From Ginglymostoma cirratum (taxonomy: Eukaryota): a DNA stretch of 64,000 bases. Both the position numbers and the translations under genes were made by a program. How positions within the stretch are numbered: the first letter of the stretch is position 1; every line of letters begins with the position of its first letter. Under the pieces are notes generated by a model that saw nothing but the letters and a program-made list of their open reading frames with translations, had not been told where the DNA came from and did no database searches. Shown one piece after another: positions 62,929 through 64,000 of this stretch. The stretch spans positions 18,385,013 through 18,449,012 of the forward strand of contig JAHRHZ010000056.1 in assembly GCA_024137785.1 (NCBI GenBank). Reading direction: 5' to 3'.

Positions 62929-64000
62929 ATTAAGACATGTTGAACTTTTAACTACAATTTTTTTTTAAAAAACGACATACCCCTGCTGATGTAAATTCAA
63001 TGGCTATGTGAAGAGAGAGACGCTAGAATGTTATGCTTGACAAGATTTAAAGGAAGCTTTCTTTAAACGGATGGACTTAAAAAGGAGAACTGTGCTTTAA
63101 ACTAAACTACAACCTCCGGGAAATGATCTCTTTCTGTGAAATTAATGGGAGAAAAGAGAGACCTTTGGGCAATAGACATGCTTTTGTATCTTCCTCTTTC
63201 AAGAATATAGAAGAACTGGGGTTAACCATCAATTCAACTCTGGTCTCTGTGTACTCATAGGAAAAGATGAGCTGAGGTACTTGTGTGTTCTAATTTGGGT
63301 TCAAACAAGAGTGTGCTGCAAATGTTGCAGTCAAACAGCCACCCATGAGTAATACCTTTGCTGCAGGTAAAAGAGTCTTTCATTCTACGTGCCAGCAGCC
63401 AGCTGGCCAGTGAACAAATTAAAAGGAAACAGAACAAAAGTATTTCAACTATTGTACTAAAGCCAAGAATTCAAAAATTGACTGTCAACTATCAATATTC
63501 CACTATCGACCCTTCACAAATGACCCAGGACTGACCTGCATAACTTTTAACAAAATGATTTATTTTAGACTCACTGCTCACCACTAATCTGTGAGGATTT
63601 GTGTTGCGTTGAATAACCTCATTCTTCTGTTAACTCAGGAAAGCCTGGTTAAAATAGTTTCCTTTTAAAACATACGATTGTTTGGGAGAAAGGTATCCAA
63701 AAGGGAGAGGATCCTTTTCAAATTAACCTCGTTGCAACCAACTTGTGAGATGAGTGAATAAGGAAAGGGAGTTAGTTCATTCGTCAATTCCTCACAATTT
63801 GAGGTATTGGATCTGCAATCCTAATAACTTGGACCCTGTCTAGGAGTCTGGTTGCAACAAGTATTAACCCTTTCAATACCTTACAGATCCATTTGTAATA
63901 GGTTAATGTTTCACACATAAACTGATAGCCAGAACTATCAAAAATGAGCCAAGGATTTGAAATGTTTCACTAGAATTTTAGACAAAGTTAATACCATGGT

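Noticed and set aside
1-64000. Prokaryotic systems (CRISPR, operons, retrons, defence islands)
   Set aside because: The sequence is vertebrate repeat-rich DNA; no regularly spaced repeats or gene-dense segment was seen, and all RTs are LINE, Penelope or Gypsy type.

Overview
Eukaryotic, AT-rich, repeat-dense DNA from a cartilaginous fish (most likely a shark; inferred from HE1/V-SINEs, CR1/HER1-type LINEs, DeuSINE-like elements and Penelope elements). No intact host protein-coding gene, tRNA/rRNA gene or CRISPR array is recognisable, so the window looks intergenic or intronic. Almost all ORFs in the track are retroelement remnants or spurious. Contents: many CR1 fragments; six HE1 SINEs; a near full-length, ORF1-less CR1-group LINE with a tRNA-like head (38642-42375), whose two ends are shared with an abundant ~340 bp SINE; many short Penelope-derived hairpin elements with 12-17 bp TSDs and hammerhead-ribozyme cores; an open Penelope RT fragment; an internally deleted Gypsy element and a solo LTR; Harbinger Myb/SANT and transposase relics; three N gaps, each beside a Penelope repeat; a decayed signal-peptide ORF; and several repeat-free islands that may be enhancers. 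Family assignments come from recalled motifs, not database searches, and most boundaries are approximate (about 10-30 bp).
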